A stretch of 64,000 nucleotides of DNA from Gammaproteobacteria bacterium. Lineage in GTDB: Bacteria; Pseudomonadota; Gammaproteobacteria; Burkholderiales; SG8-41. The translations under genes and the position numbers were made by a program. Positions 1-9,840 of the stretch are shown here, piece after piece; the first letter of the stretch is position 1, and each line of letters opens with the position of its first letter. The DNA lies in assembly GCA_041483135.1 (NCBI GenBank), contig JBGPFE010000009.1, positions 54,629 through 118,628 of the forward strand, read 5' to 3'. Below the pieces are notes generated by a model that did no database searches, was not told the DNA's origin, and saw only the letters and a list, made by a program, of their open reading frames with translations.

Positions 1-1046
1 ACGTGGTTGATGTCCTCGGGCCGGATGCGCGCTTCGAGGACCAGGCGCGGGTCGGCGGGCACGATGTCGAGCAGCATATCGCGCGGCCCGATCACGGCGC
101 CGACGCTGCCGACTTTCAGATCCACCACTTCGCCATCGACCGGCGCCACGACGCTCTGCCGCGTCGCTGCGTCCTTGCTCGGCCGCAGCCGCTCCTCGAT
201 CTCGAAAAGCTTGGCCGTGCTGTCCTTCAATTCGTCGGCGGCGGTCTGCGAAAACTGCGTGCGCAGGCTGATCTTGCGCAGCTCGGTTTCGGTGATGCGC
301 TGCCTGGATTTGGACAATTCCGCCTGGTGCTCGCCGACGCGGGCCTCGTAATCCAGCACCGCGCGCTGCACCGTCAGCACGCGCACCTTGCCGACGAAAT
401 TCTGCTTGAGCAGGTCCTCGTTGGCCTTCAACTCCTCGCGCTGGGAGGCAAGCGCTTCCATTTCGGCCTTGATCTGCGAAGCGGTCGCCGCCGATTCGAG
501 GCGCATTTCCTGGATTTGCCTGTCAAGCAGGTCGATCTGGCTCATGAGCGTCTCGCGGCGCGCGGTAAACAGCACCTGTTCACGGTGCAGGGTCTCGGCG
601 ACGCGCACATCGTTCTTGCGCGCCAGAAGATCGGCGCCGAAATCGATTCTCGGCGTGAGCGCCTTCTCCGCCGTCAGCCGCGCATTGCGCGCGCGTTCGG
701 CATCGTACTGCTGGAGCAGCAGGTCGAAGCTCGCGTCCACGCGCACATCGCCGATCACGATCAGCACCTGCCCGGCCTTGACGTGATCGCCGTCGCGCAC
801 GCGGATTTCCTTGACTATGCCGCCTTCCTGGTGTTGCACCGTCTTGCGGTTCATGTCGACTTTGATGAAGCCGGGCGCGACCACCGCGCCGGACAGCGGC
901 GCGAACACCATCCACAGGCCCAAGCCGCCGAACGCGACCGCGATCAACAGCAGCCCGGCGCGCACGATCGGCCATGCATCCGCGGCGTGCTCGACGTCGA
1001 TCGCCGGCACAAACAGCCCCCGCAGGCGTGCGATGAGCGCGCTCAT
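1..1046 (-). CDS. HlyD-family T1SS membrane-fusion protein (PrtE/AprE-like); 3' end beyond window
   Basis: Not in the ORF track because it is open to the window edge. My translation from ATG 1046 reads MSALIARLRGLFVPAIDVEHAADAWPIVRAGLLLIAVAFGGLGLWMVFAPLSGAVVAPGFIKVDMNRKTVQHQEGGIVKEIRVRDGDHVKAGQVL..., then a long coiled-coil, then ...VVAPVDGEVVDLKVGSVGAVIGPRDMLLDIVP. ATGA overlap with the upstream ABC gene stop. Confidence 0.85.
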   Translation of the reverse strand, partial: MSALIARLRGLFVPAIDVEHAADAWPIVRAGLLLIAVAFGGLGLWMVFAPLSGAVVAPGFIKVDMNRKTVQHQEGGIVKEIRVRDGDHVKAGQVLIVIGDVRVDASFDLLLQQYDAERARNARLTAEKALTPRIDFGADLLARKNDVRVAETLHREQVLFTARRETLMSQIDLLDRQIQEMRLESAATASQIKAEMEALASQREELKANEDLLKQNFVGKVRVLTVQRAVLDYEARVGEHQAELSKSRQRITETELRKISLRTQFSQTAADELKDSTAKLFEIEERLRPSKDAATRQSVVAPVDGEVVDLKVGSVGAVIGPRDMLLDIVPADPRLVLEARIRPEDINH

Positions 1047-2746
1047 ACCGCCGCTTGCCCGGAGTCAACCGCCTTGAGCGGCCCGCCCTGCGCCGGCCGC
1101 GGCGAGACGCGCGCCAGGACTTCGCTGCGCGGGCCGAACATCTCGACCGCGCCTTCGCGCAGCACCAGCACCTTGTCGACGCTCGCCAGCAGGCTCGGGC
1201 GGTGGGTGACGATGATAAGCGTCACGCCGAGCTCGCGCATGCCCGCGAGCGCCTTCATCAGCGCCGTCTCGCCCTCGGCGTCGAGGTTGGCGTTGGGCTC
1301 GTCGAGGACCACCAGCCGCGGCTCGCCGTACAGCGCGCGCGCAAGCGCGATCCGCTGGCGCTGGCCGCCGGAGAGCCCGGCGCCGCCTTCGCCGATCTGG
1401 GTGTCGTAGCCGTTGTGCAGGCGCAGGATCATGTCGTGCGCGTTGGCGCGCTGGGCCGCCGCGATCACGCCGTCCGCATCGACCGGGCCCAGGCGGGCGA
1501 TGTTTTCCGACACCGAACCGGAAAACAGCTCCACGTCCTGCGGCAGATAACCGATGTGCGCGCCGAGGCGCTCGCGCGGCCACGCCGATACGTCCGCGCC
1601 GTCGAGACGCACCACGCCCGAATTCGGCTTCCACACGCCGATCAAAAGCCGCGCCAGCGTCGATTTGCCCGACGCGCTCGGCCCGATCAGGCCCATCGCC
1701 TCGCCCGCCGCGAGCTGGAAGCTGACGCCCTTCAGGATGGCCTTGTCGGAGCCGCGCGCCGCGAACACCACGCGCTCCGCGGCGAGTTGTCCGCGCGGTG
1801 CCGGCAACTCGGTGACGTCGAGCGCCGCCGCGCGCGCATTCAGCAGCTTGTCGAGCCGCGCATACGCGCCGCGCGCATCGACCAGGCTTTTCCAGCCCGC
1901 GATCACCATTTCCACCGGCGCCAGCGCGCGCGACAGGATGATGGTGGAGGCTATCATCACGCCTGGGGTCACGTGCTGGTCGATCACCAGGTACGCGCCG
2001 ATGCCGAGCATCGCGGTCTGCACGAACTGGCGCACGAACTTGGTGAGCCCGCTGATCGAGCCCGCGACCTTGCTGGTCGCGATCTGCTGCCGCATCACGT
2101 CGCGATTCAACCGCTCCCACTGTCCGGTGACGCCTTTCAGCATGCCCAGCGCGCTCACCACATCGGCGTTGCGCAGGCTGGTGTCGATGTAGCGCGCGGC
2201 CTTGCGCGAACTCGCCTGCATTTTCTCCAGCGGCGCGCGCGACAGCCGCTCGTTCAGCACGCCCAGGCTCAGCAGCATTAGCGCCGAGACCAGCGCCGCG
2301 ATGCCGAGCACCGGGTGGAACATGAAGATCACGAAAATGTAGAACGGCAGCCACGGCGCGTCGAAAATCGAAAAAATGCCGCTGCCGGTGAGAAAGGTGC
2401 GCAGGATATTGACGTCGCGCAATCCATACACGTATTCCGTGCCGCCGAGCTTGGCGGCGTTGGCGAGCAGGCCGTCGAGCACCTGCGGCCCGAGCTTCAT
2501 GTCGAGCGCGATCGCGGCGGCGGCGAGCAGCCGCGCGCGCAGCAGGTCGAGCGCCGCCATGACCATCAGCGCAAAGGCGGCGGCGATGGTGAGCATCACC
2601 AGCGTCTCGTTGCTGCGGCTGGTAATGACGCGATCGAAAACCTGCAGCATGTACAGCGCCGGCACCAGCAACGCCAGGTTGATGAAGAAGCTGAACAGCC
2701 CGGCGTAAATGAAGAACGACCGGAAACGCAGCGCCAGTTCGCGCAT
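1043..2746 (-). CDS. T1SS ABC permease/ATPase, PrtD/AprD type (no N-terminal peptidase-like domain)
   Basis: 567-aa ORF. TM domain with LYMLQVFDRV, Walker A GPSASGKST, signature LSGGQRQR, Walker B LVVLDEP. Stop overlaps the MFP start (1043-1046). Confidence 0.93.
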   Translation of the reverse strand: MRELALRFRSFFIYAGLFSFFINLALLVPALYMLQVFDRVITSRSNETLVMLTIAAAFALMVMAALDLLRARLLAAAAIALDMKLGPQVLDGLLANAAKLGGTEYVYGLRDVNILRTFLTGSGIFSIFDAPWLPFYIFVIFMFHPVLGIAALVSALMLLSLGVLNERLSRAPLEKMQASSRKAARYIDTSLRNADVVSALGMLKGVTGQWERLNRDVMRQQIATSKVAGSISGLTKFVRQFVQTAMLGIGAYLVIDQHVTPGVMIASTIILSRALAPVEMVIAGWKSLVDARGAYARLDKLLNARAAALDVTELPAPRGQLAAERVVFAARGSDKAILKGVSFQLAAGEAMGLIGPSASGKSTLARLLIGVWKPNSGVVRLDGADVSAWPRERLGAHIGYLPQDVELFSGSVSENIARLGPVDADGVIAAAQRANAHDMILRLHNGYDTQIGEGGAGLSGGQRQRIALARALYGEPRLVVLDEPNANLDAEGETALMKALAGMRELGVTLIIVTHRPSLLASVDKVLVLREGAVEMFGPRSEVLARVSPRPAQGGPLKAVDSGQAAV

Positions 2747-2845
2747 GGCGCTACACCCTGCTCCGGTCAGTGCCCGTGTATTTGGTGGCTATATACAATG
2801 GATGGCGCCCCCAAGAATGCCCTTTTCCGAGCCGGAAAGTATACC

Positions 2846-3061
2846 TCAGGATGGGTAGCCAAGCCCCTGATTTTGCAGGGGGGTAGTGCACTGATTTGAA
2901 ACTCGCTCGGCCACTTCCTGCATAGACCGCAGGTTCCCGGCCACGCCGCCAGCCATGACCGGTGTAACGCGCACCGTCTTATGGACGCGCACGAAATGAT
3001 AGTGAGCGAAGTGCAGCGCGGCCGCTGCCCGGACTACGGCGATGCCGGCGGCCGGCGGCAC
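2846..3061 (-). pseudogene. C-terminal fragment of a DDE-type transposase/integrase
   Basis: 71-aa ORF containing LHFAHYHFVRVHKTVRVTPVMAGGV. This resembles the conserved C-terminal HYNF.R.HK.L..TPAMAAG block of transposases. No N-terminal catalytic part and no inverted repeats seen. Confidence 0.45.
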
Positions 3062-3091
3062 CGCGATCTTGTCTTGATCGCGGCCGCGCCG

Positions 3092-5758
3092 TCAGATGAT
3101 GTGAATGTCGGTAGCCGTGAGCGTCGGGTGGTTGGTCAGCGTCGCGACCTGGACCGCGGCCACTCCGCCCTGGCCGTCGGCGTCGTAATAGAGATTGCCG
3201 GTGGTCGTATTGTAGATCAGGTGATCGGTTGGGTTCTGCGCGGTGGTGAGGCCGGCGGCGGCGTGTAAGAACGAAGGATCGAGCGGGCCGGGCACGAGCC
3301 CCAGCGCGGTGAACACCGAATTCTCGAATTCCAGCGTATCACCGCCCACGCCGCCCGTGAAGTCGGTGATGGTGTCGACGTTGCTCGCGGCCGGCGCAGT
3401 GCTGAACACGAACGTGTCGGCGCCCGTGCCGCCCGTCAGTGTGTCTTTGCCGAGCCCGCCGTCGAGCGTGTCGGCGCCCGTGCCGCCGATCAGCTTGTCG
3501 AGGCCCAGGCCGCCGGCGAGCGTGTCGCCGTTGTCGTTGCCGGTGATCACGTTGTTGAGCGCGTTGCCGGTGCCCGTGATGGCCGCGCCGGCCGCCAGCG
3601 TGAGGTTTTCGACGTTCGCGTCCAGCACGTAGTTGTCGACCGTGGTCCTCACCGTATCGGCGGTGCCCCCATTGGCGAGCTCGACGATGGTGGCGCCCGC
3701 GCTGTTGACGACGTACGTATCGTTGCCGAGCCCGCCGGTCAGCGTGTCGGTGCCGCCGCCGCCGCCGTTGAGCGTGTCGTTACCGGCGAGTCCCGTCAGC
3801 GTGTCGTTGCCCAGGCCGCCGAGCAGAACGTTGGCCGACGCGTTGCCCGTCAGTATGTCGCCCAAGTCGTTGCCGGTGACGTTGAAGAGCCCGGTGCCCA
3901 ATATCGTCACGTTCTCGAAATTCGACAGATCCGGCGCGCCGCCTGCGCTCAGATCGACCGTGATCGGCGGGTTCACCGAAGGATTATTGAAGGCGATCTT
4001 CAGCGTGTCGTTGCCCTCGCCCAGGCTCTCGAACACCGTCCCGAGCTCGGACGCGTTGTCCAGCACATAGGTGTCGTTCCCCGCCTGGCCGTACATGAAA
4101 TCGTTGCCGGCGCCGCCGGTCAGCGTGTCGTTGCCGTTCCCGCCGTACAGCGTGTCGTTGCCCAGGCCGCCGTTGAGCGTGTCGTTGCCGTCGAAGCCGT
4201 TGAGCATGTCGTTGCCGGCGAGGCCGAGCAGAATGTTGTCGCCGCTGTTGTTGCCGATGACCTGGTTGTCCAGCGCGTTGCCGGTGCCGTTGGCGTTGCC
4301 CGCCGCATCGAGCAGCTGCAGGTATTCCACGTTCGCAGCGAGCACGTAGGTGCCGCTGCCGGAGAAGTCCACCTGGTCGGTGCCCGCGTTCAGCGCTTCC
4401 GTCACCATGTCGTAGGTCCCGTTGCTCGTGCCGTCCACCCCGTACGTGTCGTTGTCCGCGCCGCCCGCGAGCGTGCTCCTGCCGCTGCCGCTGGCCTCGA
4501 GATAATCGTTGCCGTTGCCGCCGTTGAGCTTGTCGTTGCCGCCTTCGCTGAAGAGCGAGTCGTTGCCGTCGCCGCCGTTCAGGATGTCGTTGCCGTCGCC
4601 GCCGATGAGAAAGTCGTTGCCGGTGCCGCCGTTGAGCGTGTCGTTGCCGCCGTACCCATAGAGCACGTCGCCGTTGTTGTTGCCGGTGATCACGTTGATG
4701 AGATTGTTGCCAAAGCCGTCGACCGCCGCGCCGGTCAGCGTGAGGTTCTCGACGTTCGCGACGGAGAACATCGAGAAGTCGACCGAGGCCACTACCGTGT
4801 CGGTGCCCTCGTTGAAGTTCTCGGTGATGGTCGCGTTCGTGTCGCCCACGAGGTAGGTGTCGTTGTTGAGGCCGCCGATCAGCGTGTCGAACCCCCCGCC
4901 GCCGTTGAGCGTGTCGTTGCCGGCGCCGCCGTTCAGCGTGTCGTTGCCGGCGTTGCCGTTCAGGATGTCGATGCCAATGCCGCCGAAGATCGTGTAAGCG
5001 TCGGCGGTCGTCACGGTGACCGTGTCGTTGCCGGCGCCCGCGTTGAGCGTCGCGCCGCCGGCCACGCTGGCGGTGATGGTGTCGTTGCCCGTCAGGAACG
5101 CGCCGCTCTGCGCCGCGTCAGCGACGTCGGTGAAAGAGTCGAAGAGCGAAACCTTCGCGACCGCCGGATTGAGCCCCATCATGTCGATCGAGTCGCCGTC
5201 GCTGTCGCTGAAGTGGATCTCCGTGAAGCCCCCCGTCACGGCGGTGCCGCCCGCGGTGAGCGTGAGCGCGCCCGTCAAGTCGAGTATATTGTCGCTCGTC
5301 TCGATGTGCGCGTGCGTGAGCGAGCCCGAGATCGCGCCCGCGCCCGAGATCGAGATGTGGCCGTCGAGCATCGCCTCCACGCCTCCCGCGTTGAAATGGC
5401 CGTGCGTGATGCTGCCGCTGGTGAGCGCGCCGGTGGTGGGGTTGAAATGCAGGCTGCCGATCATATCGAGCTCGTTCGCGCCGGTGCCGGTGAACGTCAG
5501 GGAAGTGACCGTGAACGCGCTCGGACTGAACGCGCCGAGCAGTATGAGCGTAGCGCCTGGATCGGAGGAGCCGGAGAGCAACGTGATGTCGAGTTCGGTC
5601 GGGCTAGAAAAGACGCTGTATGGATGACTGGGATTACTGAGGTCGGCATTGACCGCGTTAAACTGCGTCTGCGCGGCGCCGAGCTCGGTGATGACCTGAC
5701 TGACGTCGAAATCGAACGACGCCAGCGGCACGGTGCCGGTGAGATTGACGGTGGCCAT
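3092..5758 (-). CDS. RTX (GGxGxD nonapeptide) calcium-binding repeat protein, probable T1SS substrate
   Basis: 888 aa with dozens of GGAGNDTLNGG-type repeats and no N-terminal signal peptide. Acidic C-terminus ...LIYNTTTGNLYYDADGQGGVAAVQVATL...DIHII. GGGAG RBS before ATG 5758. Sits upstream of the ABC/MFP genes. Confidence 0.9.
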   Translation of the reverse strand: MATVNLTGTVPLASFDFDVSQVITELGAAQTQFNAVNADLSNPSHPYSVFSSPTELDITLLSGSSDPGATLILLGAFSPSAFTVTSLTFTGTGANELDMIGSLHFNPTTGALTSGSITHGHFNAGGVEAMLDGHISISGAGAISGSLTHAHIETSDNILDLTGALTLTAGGTAVTGGFTEIHFSDSDGDSIDMMGLNPAVAKVSLFDSFTDVADAAQSGAFLTGNDTITASVAGGATLNAGAGNDTVTVTTADAYTIFGGIGIDILNGNAGNDTLNGGAGNDTLNGGGGFDTLIGGLNNDTYLVGDTNATITENFNEGTDTVVASVDFSMFSVANVENLTLTGAAVDGFGNNLINVITGNNNGDVLYGYGGNDTLNGGTGNDFLIGGDGNDILNGGDGNDSLFSEGGNDKLNGGNGNDYLEASGSGRSTLAGGADNDTYGVDGTSNGTYDMVTEALNAGTDQVDFSGSGTYVLAANVEYLQLLDAAGNANGTGNALDNQVIGNNSGDNILLGLAGNDMLNGFDGNDTLNGGLGNDTLYGGNGNDTLTGGAGNDFMYGQAGNDTYVLDNASELGTVFESLGEGNDTLKIAFNNPSVNPPITVDLSAGGAPDLSNFENVTILGTGLFNVTGNDLGDILTGNASANVLLGGLGNDTLTGLAGNDTLNGGGGGTDTLTGGLGNDTYVVNSAGATIVELANGGTADTVRTTVDNYVLDANVENLTLAAGAAITGTGNALNNVITGNDNGDTLAGGLGLDKLIGGTGADTLDGGLGKDTLTGGTGADTFVFSTAPAASNVDTITDFTGGVGGDTLEFENSVFTALGLVPGPLDPSFLHAAAGLTTAQNPTDHLIYNTTTGNLYYDADGQGGVAAVQVATLTNHPTLTATDIHII

Positions 5759-6099
5759 GAGGCGGACTCCCTGTATGTAGAGTTGCCGGCGCGCCGCCGC
5801 TGCGGCGCGTCAAAAATTCCTGCCGGCGAATGCGCCGGCGGCACGCCGTCTTCTCCACGGCCGGCGCGCACGCCTGGCAATCCGCCTGCATTGCAGGCCA
5901 ATTATATAGTAGCGGTCCGGCCGGCTTGTTGATTTAACTCAAGGTTTGGGAAACTAACTACGGGTCGGACCACGCCATGACCCGGTATTTTCAAGAGTTT
6001 CCTCCCCCTGCGGCCGCTTCATTCCTTGGGTGACCGAATTGGCGTTGGGGACGTCGGGGAATTATGGCTGATGCAGGCGGCTCGCAGACAAACTTCCAA

Positions 6100-6272
6100 C
6101 CCGGATAGCTGCTGGCGTCAGAGAATCCCTTCCGCTCTTCAGTGAAGCCCGTTTTTTTGATCGGCGCGTCGTTCACGTTGATGACGCTCAGCGCAAACGT
6201 GTCCGGGGCGCTCGCCCCGGCGGAGTCGGTCACGGCCGGCGAGCGCGACGGCCGCAAGATGGTTCGTAACAA
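6100..6272 (-). pseudogene. Decayed fragment of a cadherin-like repeat from an RTX adhesin gene
   Basis: ORF 5991-6272 contains AVTDSAGASAPDTFALSVINVNDAPI. This matches the repeat ends of the giant protein ([25 protein letters not shown]). No credible start or remainder of the gene. Confidence 0.6.
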
Positions 6273-6297
6273 AGCCCGCTACGTGCGCGGATGAATC

Positions 6298-7068
6298 TCA
6301 GCGCCGCTGAAAATAGCGCTCGAGCGCGCGCAGCAGCACGTCGATTGCGAAGCCGACGATGCCGATCGCGATCATGCCCGACATCACGATCGCAGTGCTG
6401 ATGTTGCTCTGGCCTTTCACCATCAGATAGCCGATGCCGCTCGAGGCGACGATGAGCTCCGCGCCGATCAGCGATTGCCAGCCGAGGCCGGCGCTGACTC
6501 TGAGTCCCGCGACGACCGAGGGCAACGAAGCCGGCAACAGGACCTCGGTGATGACGAGCCAGCTGCCGGCGCCCAGGGTGCGGGCGGCCTCGATGTAGAG
6601 CTGTTCAACATAACGCGCGCCCCGGTATGTGTTGATCACGCACGGCGGAAACGCGCCCGTGAAAATCACGAGCACGGGCCCGCCGATGCCGGTGCCGAAC
6701 CACAGCGCCGCGAACGGCACCCACGCGATCGGCGCGACGAAGCGCAGCGCATCGAAAAGCGGCGTCACGATGCGGTCGAACCAGCGGAACCATCCCATCG
6801 CAAGCCCGAGCGGCACGCCGACCGCGACCGCCAGTCCGAATCCCATGCCGAAACGCCCGAACGAAGAAGCGAGATGCTGCTGCAGCGTGTAGCCGACGAA
6901 GGGCCGTTGGGTCAGGTCCCCGAACGTGTGCGCCACCGCGAGCGGCGACGGCAGAAAAAGCCGCGGCACGAGCCCGCTCGCCGCCGCGAGCGCCCACACC
7001 GCGAAGAATGCGCAACAGCCCGCGGCGCTCAGCAGGAAGAACGTGCGCGGAGGCAAAGGATCGTTCAT
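6298..7068 (-). CDS. ABC transporter permease (NitT/TauT family)
   Basis: 256 aa, multi-TM, EAA-loop IEAARTLGAGSWLVITEVLLPASLP. Last gene of a four-gene transporter operon. Confidence 0.9.
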   Translation of the reverse strand: MNDPLPPRTFFLLSAAGCCAFFAVWALAAASGLVPRLFLPSPLAVAHTFGDLTQRPFVGYTLQQHLASSFGRFGMGFGLAVAVGVPLGLAMGWFRWFDRIVTPLFDALRFVAPIAWVPFAALWFGTGIGGPVLVIFTGAFPPCVINTYRGARYVEQLYIEAARTLGAGSWLVITEVLLPASLPSVVAGLRVSAGLGWQSLIGAELIVASSGIGYLMVKGQSNISTAIVMSGMIAIGIVGFAIDVLLRALERYFQRR

Positions 7069-7075
7069 GCCCGCC

Positions 7076-7876
7076 TCATGCCGAACGCCACGGCATCGAA
7101 TAGGCTTCGAGCCATTCCAGCGCCCACGTCATCAACACGCCGGCCACCGCGACGCTCGCCATGCCGACCACGATCATCGCCGGAAACAGATCGAGCCCGG
7201 CCTGATACAGCACGTGCCCGAGTCCGGCGATCGCGCCGATCAACTCGCCCGCCACCAACGTCGTCCAGCACGCCTGCAGCGACAGCCGCAGCCCCGTGAA
7301 GATGAGCGGCAGCGCGCCGGGCACCAGCACTTCGCGCACCAGCATCCCGCGCGGCACGCCGAGCGTGCGCGCCGCCTCGATCAGATACGGCTCGATCGAG
7401 CGGACGCCCGCGTAAGTGTTAATCACGGCGGGCACAAACGCGGCGAACCAGATCACGAGCACTTTGGCCGCATCCCCGAGTCCGAGCCACACGATCGCGA
7501 GCGGAATCCAGGCGAGCGGCGGAATCGGCCGCAGCAGCAGGAACGTCGGGTTGAGCAGCGCTTCAGCCCGCCGGCTCCAGCCCATCAGCATCCCGAGCGG
7601 TGCGCCGACTGCCACCGCGGCCGCGAAGCCGAAGAGCACCAGCTGGCAACTGTGCAGAAAATGGCCGGGCAGCTTGCTGTCGGCGTAACCGTCGATGCTG
7701 ATCTGGCGCGCCGCGCTGAAAACTTCGGCGGGGTTCGGGAAGAACGCGGGCGAGATCGCCTGCGTGGCGACGGTCGCCCAGTACCACAGCGCGGCCAGCG
7801 CGACGAACGTCGCCACGCCGACCGCGGTGCGCAATCTGGCGCCGTTGCGGGATTCCCCGCCGAAACCGCCCGCCAT
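7076..7876 (-). CDS. ABC transporter permease (NitT/TauT family)
   Basis: 266 aa, multi-TM, EAA-loop IEAARTLGVPRGMLVREVLVPGALP. Confidence 0.9.
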   Translation of the reverse strand: MAGGFGGESRNGARLRTAVGVATFVALAALWYWATVATQAISPAFFPNPAEVFSAARQISIDGYADSKLPGHFLHSCQLVLFGFAAAVAVGAPLGMLMGWSRRAEALLNPTFLLLRPIPPLAWIPLAIVWLGLGDAAKVLVIWFAAFVPAVINTYAGVRSIEPYLIEAARTLGVPRGMLVREVLVPGALPLIFTGLRLSLQACWTTLVAGELIGAIAGLGHVLYQAGLDLFPAMIVVGMASVAVAGVLMTWALEWLEAYSMPWRSA

Positions 7877-7883
7877 CGCCGGT

Positions 7884-8930
7884 TCAGTTCGGATTATTCG
7901 CGAAGGCCTTCAGCTTCGGATCGCGGTCGACCATTTTCATGTAATCATCCATCACGTAGCGGCTTGCCGGCGGCACTTCCGGCATCGTGCCGCCGCTTTT
8001 CATGAACTCGGCGATCTGCGTCATCCACTTGTCGACGTCCGACGCGCCCGTGCCGCGGTTCATGATCTTCAGCTGTCCCGCGAGATCGTACGTAGGCCGC
8101 GTATCGAATTCCTTGCGCATCGATGCTTCGCTGATCGTGACGCCGCCGACCTCGTAGAATTTCTTCATCATCGCGATCGCCTCCGGACGGTGCGCGTTCA
8201 TCCACTTCCACGTGCGCAGATAGATCGCCAGGAACTTCGCGACGTTCTCGGGCTGCTCCTTCGCATAGTCCGCGCGCACGACGAGCGCCCCCGGCACGAT
8301 CGCGCCGGCGTCCTTGCCGGAACAGATGACCCGGGCGCCGACCTTTTCCTCGAGCGTGTAGATGTTCGGCGCCCACAGCCCGCCGTAGTCGGCGTTGTTG
8401 GACGACATCGCGGAAATAATCTCGGCCTGGCCCATGCTCTTGATCGTCACGTCGCTCTTTTTCAGGCCCCACTTGCCGAGGCAGGATTGAACCGCGTAGT
8501 CGCCGGTCGAGTTGGCGGTCAGCACGATGGTCTGGCCCTTGAGTATTTGCGGGTTCTTCAGCACGCTGTCAGCGGCCGTTTTGCTCGCCATCAGCGCGTT
8601 GCCGACCGACTCGTCGTTCGTGAGCCCGATCGTGAGCAGGTTATAGCGCACGGCGCCGAGAACCGCGGGCACTGAGCCGGTGCCGCCGACGTCCCACGAT
8701 TTCGAGGCGGACGCGGCGATCTGCGGCACACCGGCGGGGAAGATGCTGAAACTCGGCTTGAGACCGAGCTCCGCCCACCAGCCTTTTTCACTCGCCACGT
8801 AAAACGGCAGCGACCAGTAAAGCGCCGGCTGATAACTGACTTTGATTTCGGTCGGCGCCTGCGCTTGCGCTCCGGCCGCGCCCGCGGCGAATGCCGCTCC
8901 CAGCACGAGATTGCGAATGAATCTGAACAT
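7884..8930 (-). CDS. ABC transporter periplasmic substrate-binding protein (NMT1/SsuA-like)
   Basis: Start trimmed from ORF 7884-9104 to ATG 8930, preceded by AGGAGG. Signal peptide MFRFIRNLVLGAAFAAGAAGAQAQA. The upstream part of the ORF overlaps the ATPase gene. Confidence 0.88.
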   Translation of the reverse strand: MFRFIRNLVLGAAFAAGAAGAQAQAPTEIKVSYQPALYWSLPFYVASEKGWWAELGLKPSFSIFPAGVPQIAASASKSWDVGGTGSVPAVLGAVRYNLLTIGLTNDESVGNALMASKTAADSVLKNPQILKGQTIVLTANSTGDYAVQSCLGKWGLKKSDVTIKSMGQAEIISAMSSNNADYGGLWAPNIYTLEEKVGARVICSGKDAGAIVPGALVVRADYAKEQPENVAKFLAIYLRTWKWMNAHRPEAIAMMKKFYEVGGVTISEASMRKEFDTRPTYDLAGQLKIMNRGTGASDVDKWMTQIAEFMKSGGTMPEVPPASRYVMDDYMKMVDRDPKLKAFANNPN

Positions 8931-8946
8931 GGTGGCCCTCCTTTGG

Positions 8947-9750
8947 TCAGTGATTAACGTGATGCGGCGCCTGCTGTTCGCGCAATAAGCGCCAGATACT
9001 TGTCCGCAAATGCACGAACGAACCCTGGTCCATGACGTCCTCGATGCGCTCGTAGCGGTCCCAGTTCTCCGCTTTGCGCACCGCCGCGACGTCGATGATC
9101 TCACGAATGCGGCCCGGACGGCGCGTCATGACGACGACGCGGTCGGCAAGATACACCGCCTCCTCCACCGCGTGCGTGATGAAGAGCACCGTGCGCGGGA
9201 TCACCCGCGACAGTTTGATCAGCTCCTCCTGCATCACGACGCGCGTCTGCGCATCGAGCGCGCCGAACGGCTCGTCCATCAGCAGCACGTCGGGCCCGAG
9301 CACGTAGCTGCGTGCGATCGCGACGCGCTGCTGCATGCCGCCCGAGAGCTGGTGCGGGTAGGCCGATTCGTAACCCTGCAGTCCCATCAATTCGATGTGG
9401 CGCGCGACTTCGCGCTTGCGCTCTTCCGCAGCGACCCCCTTGGCGCGCAGGCCGAACTCGATGTTGTCGAAAACCGTCTTCCACGGAAAGAGCGCGAATT
9501 GCTGAAATACGACGGCGCGGTCGGGCCCCGGGCCGGCCACCCGTTTGCCGCCGACCGCCACCGTACCCGCGCTCGGAAATTCGAGCCCCGCAGCCATGCG
9601 CAGGCACGTGGTCTTGCCGCAGCCCGAGGGCCCGACGATGGCGACGAACTCCCGTTCGGCCACCCGGAAGCTTACCTCTTCCAGCGCCGGGAATTCCCGG
9701 CCGTCGCGTTTGAACACGCGGCTCACGCCATCGAATACGATGTCGCTCAT
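8947..9750 (-). CDS. ABC transporter ATP-binding protein (NitT/TauT family)
   Basis: 267 aa. Walker A GPSGCGKTT, signature LSGGMQQR, Walker B LLMDEP. Confidence 0.93.
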   Translation of the reverse strand: MSDIVFDGVSRVFKRDGREFPALEEVSFRVAEREFVAIVGPSGCGKTTCLRMAAGLEFPSAGTVAVGGKRVAGPGPDRAVVFQQFALFPWKTVFDNIEFGLRAKGVAAEERKREVARHIELMGLQGYESAYPHQLSGGMQQRVAIARSYVLGPDVLLMDEPFGALDAQTRVVMQEELIKLSRVIPRTVLFITHAVEEAVYLADRVVVMTRRPGRIREIIDVAAVRKAENWDRYERIEDVMDQGSFVHLRTSIWRLLREQQAPHHVNH

Positions 9751-9840
9751 TGCGGCTGCGCCACGTGCACCCCGGCGGCGGCGTCATGAACGCCGGCATC
9801 GGGCTGGTTCAATACCGTGCAAGGCGTCATTTTTTTGCAG

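Noticed and set aside
3-1409. 468-aa plus-strand ORF and similar long ORFs (1055-2281, 6475-7299, 6926-8005, 9923-12265, 15453-16703, 33300-34220, 36072-36887, 50866-52047, 52685-53890, 57830-59248, 61305-63713)
   Set aside because: All lie antisense to, or out of frame with, genes that have clear family motifs. Their products are Arg/Ala/Pro/His-rich low-complexity strings typical of stop-poor antisense frames in high-GC DNA.
7884-9104. 406-aa version of the substrate-binding protein ORF
   Set aside because: The first 58 codons overlap the ATPase gene and are Arg/Ser/Thr-rich. ATG 8930 has an AGGAGG RBS and opens directly on a signal peptide.
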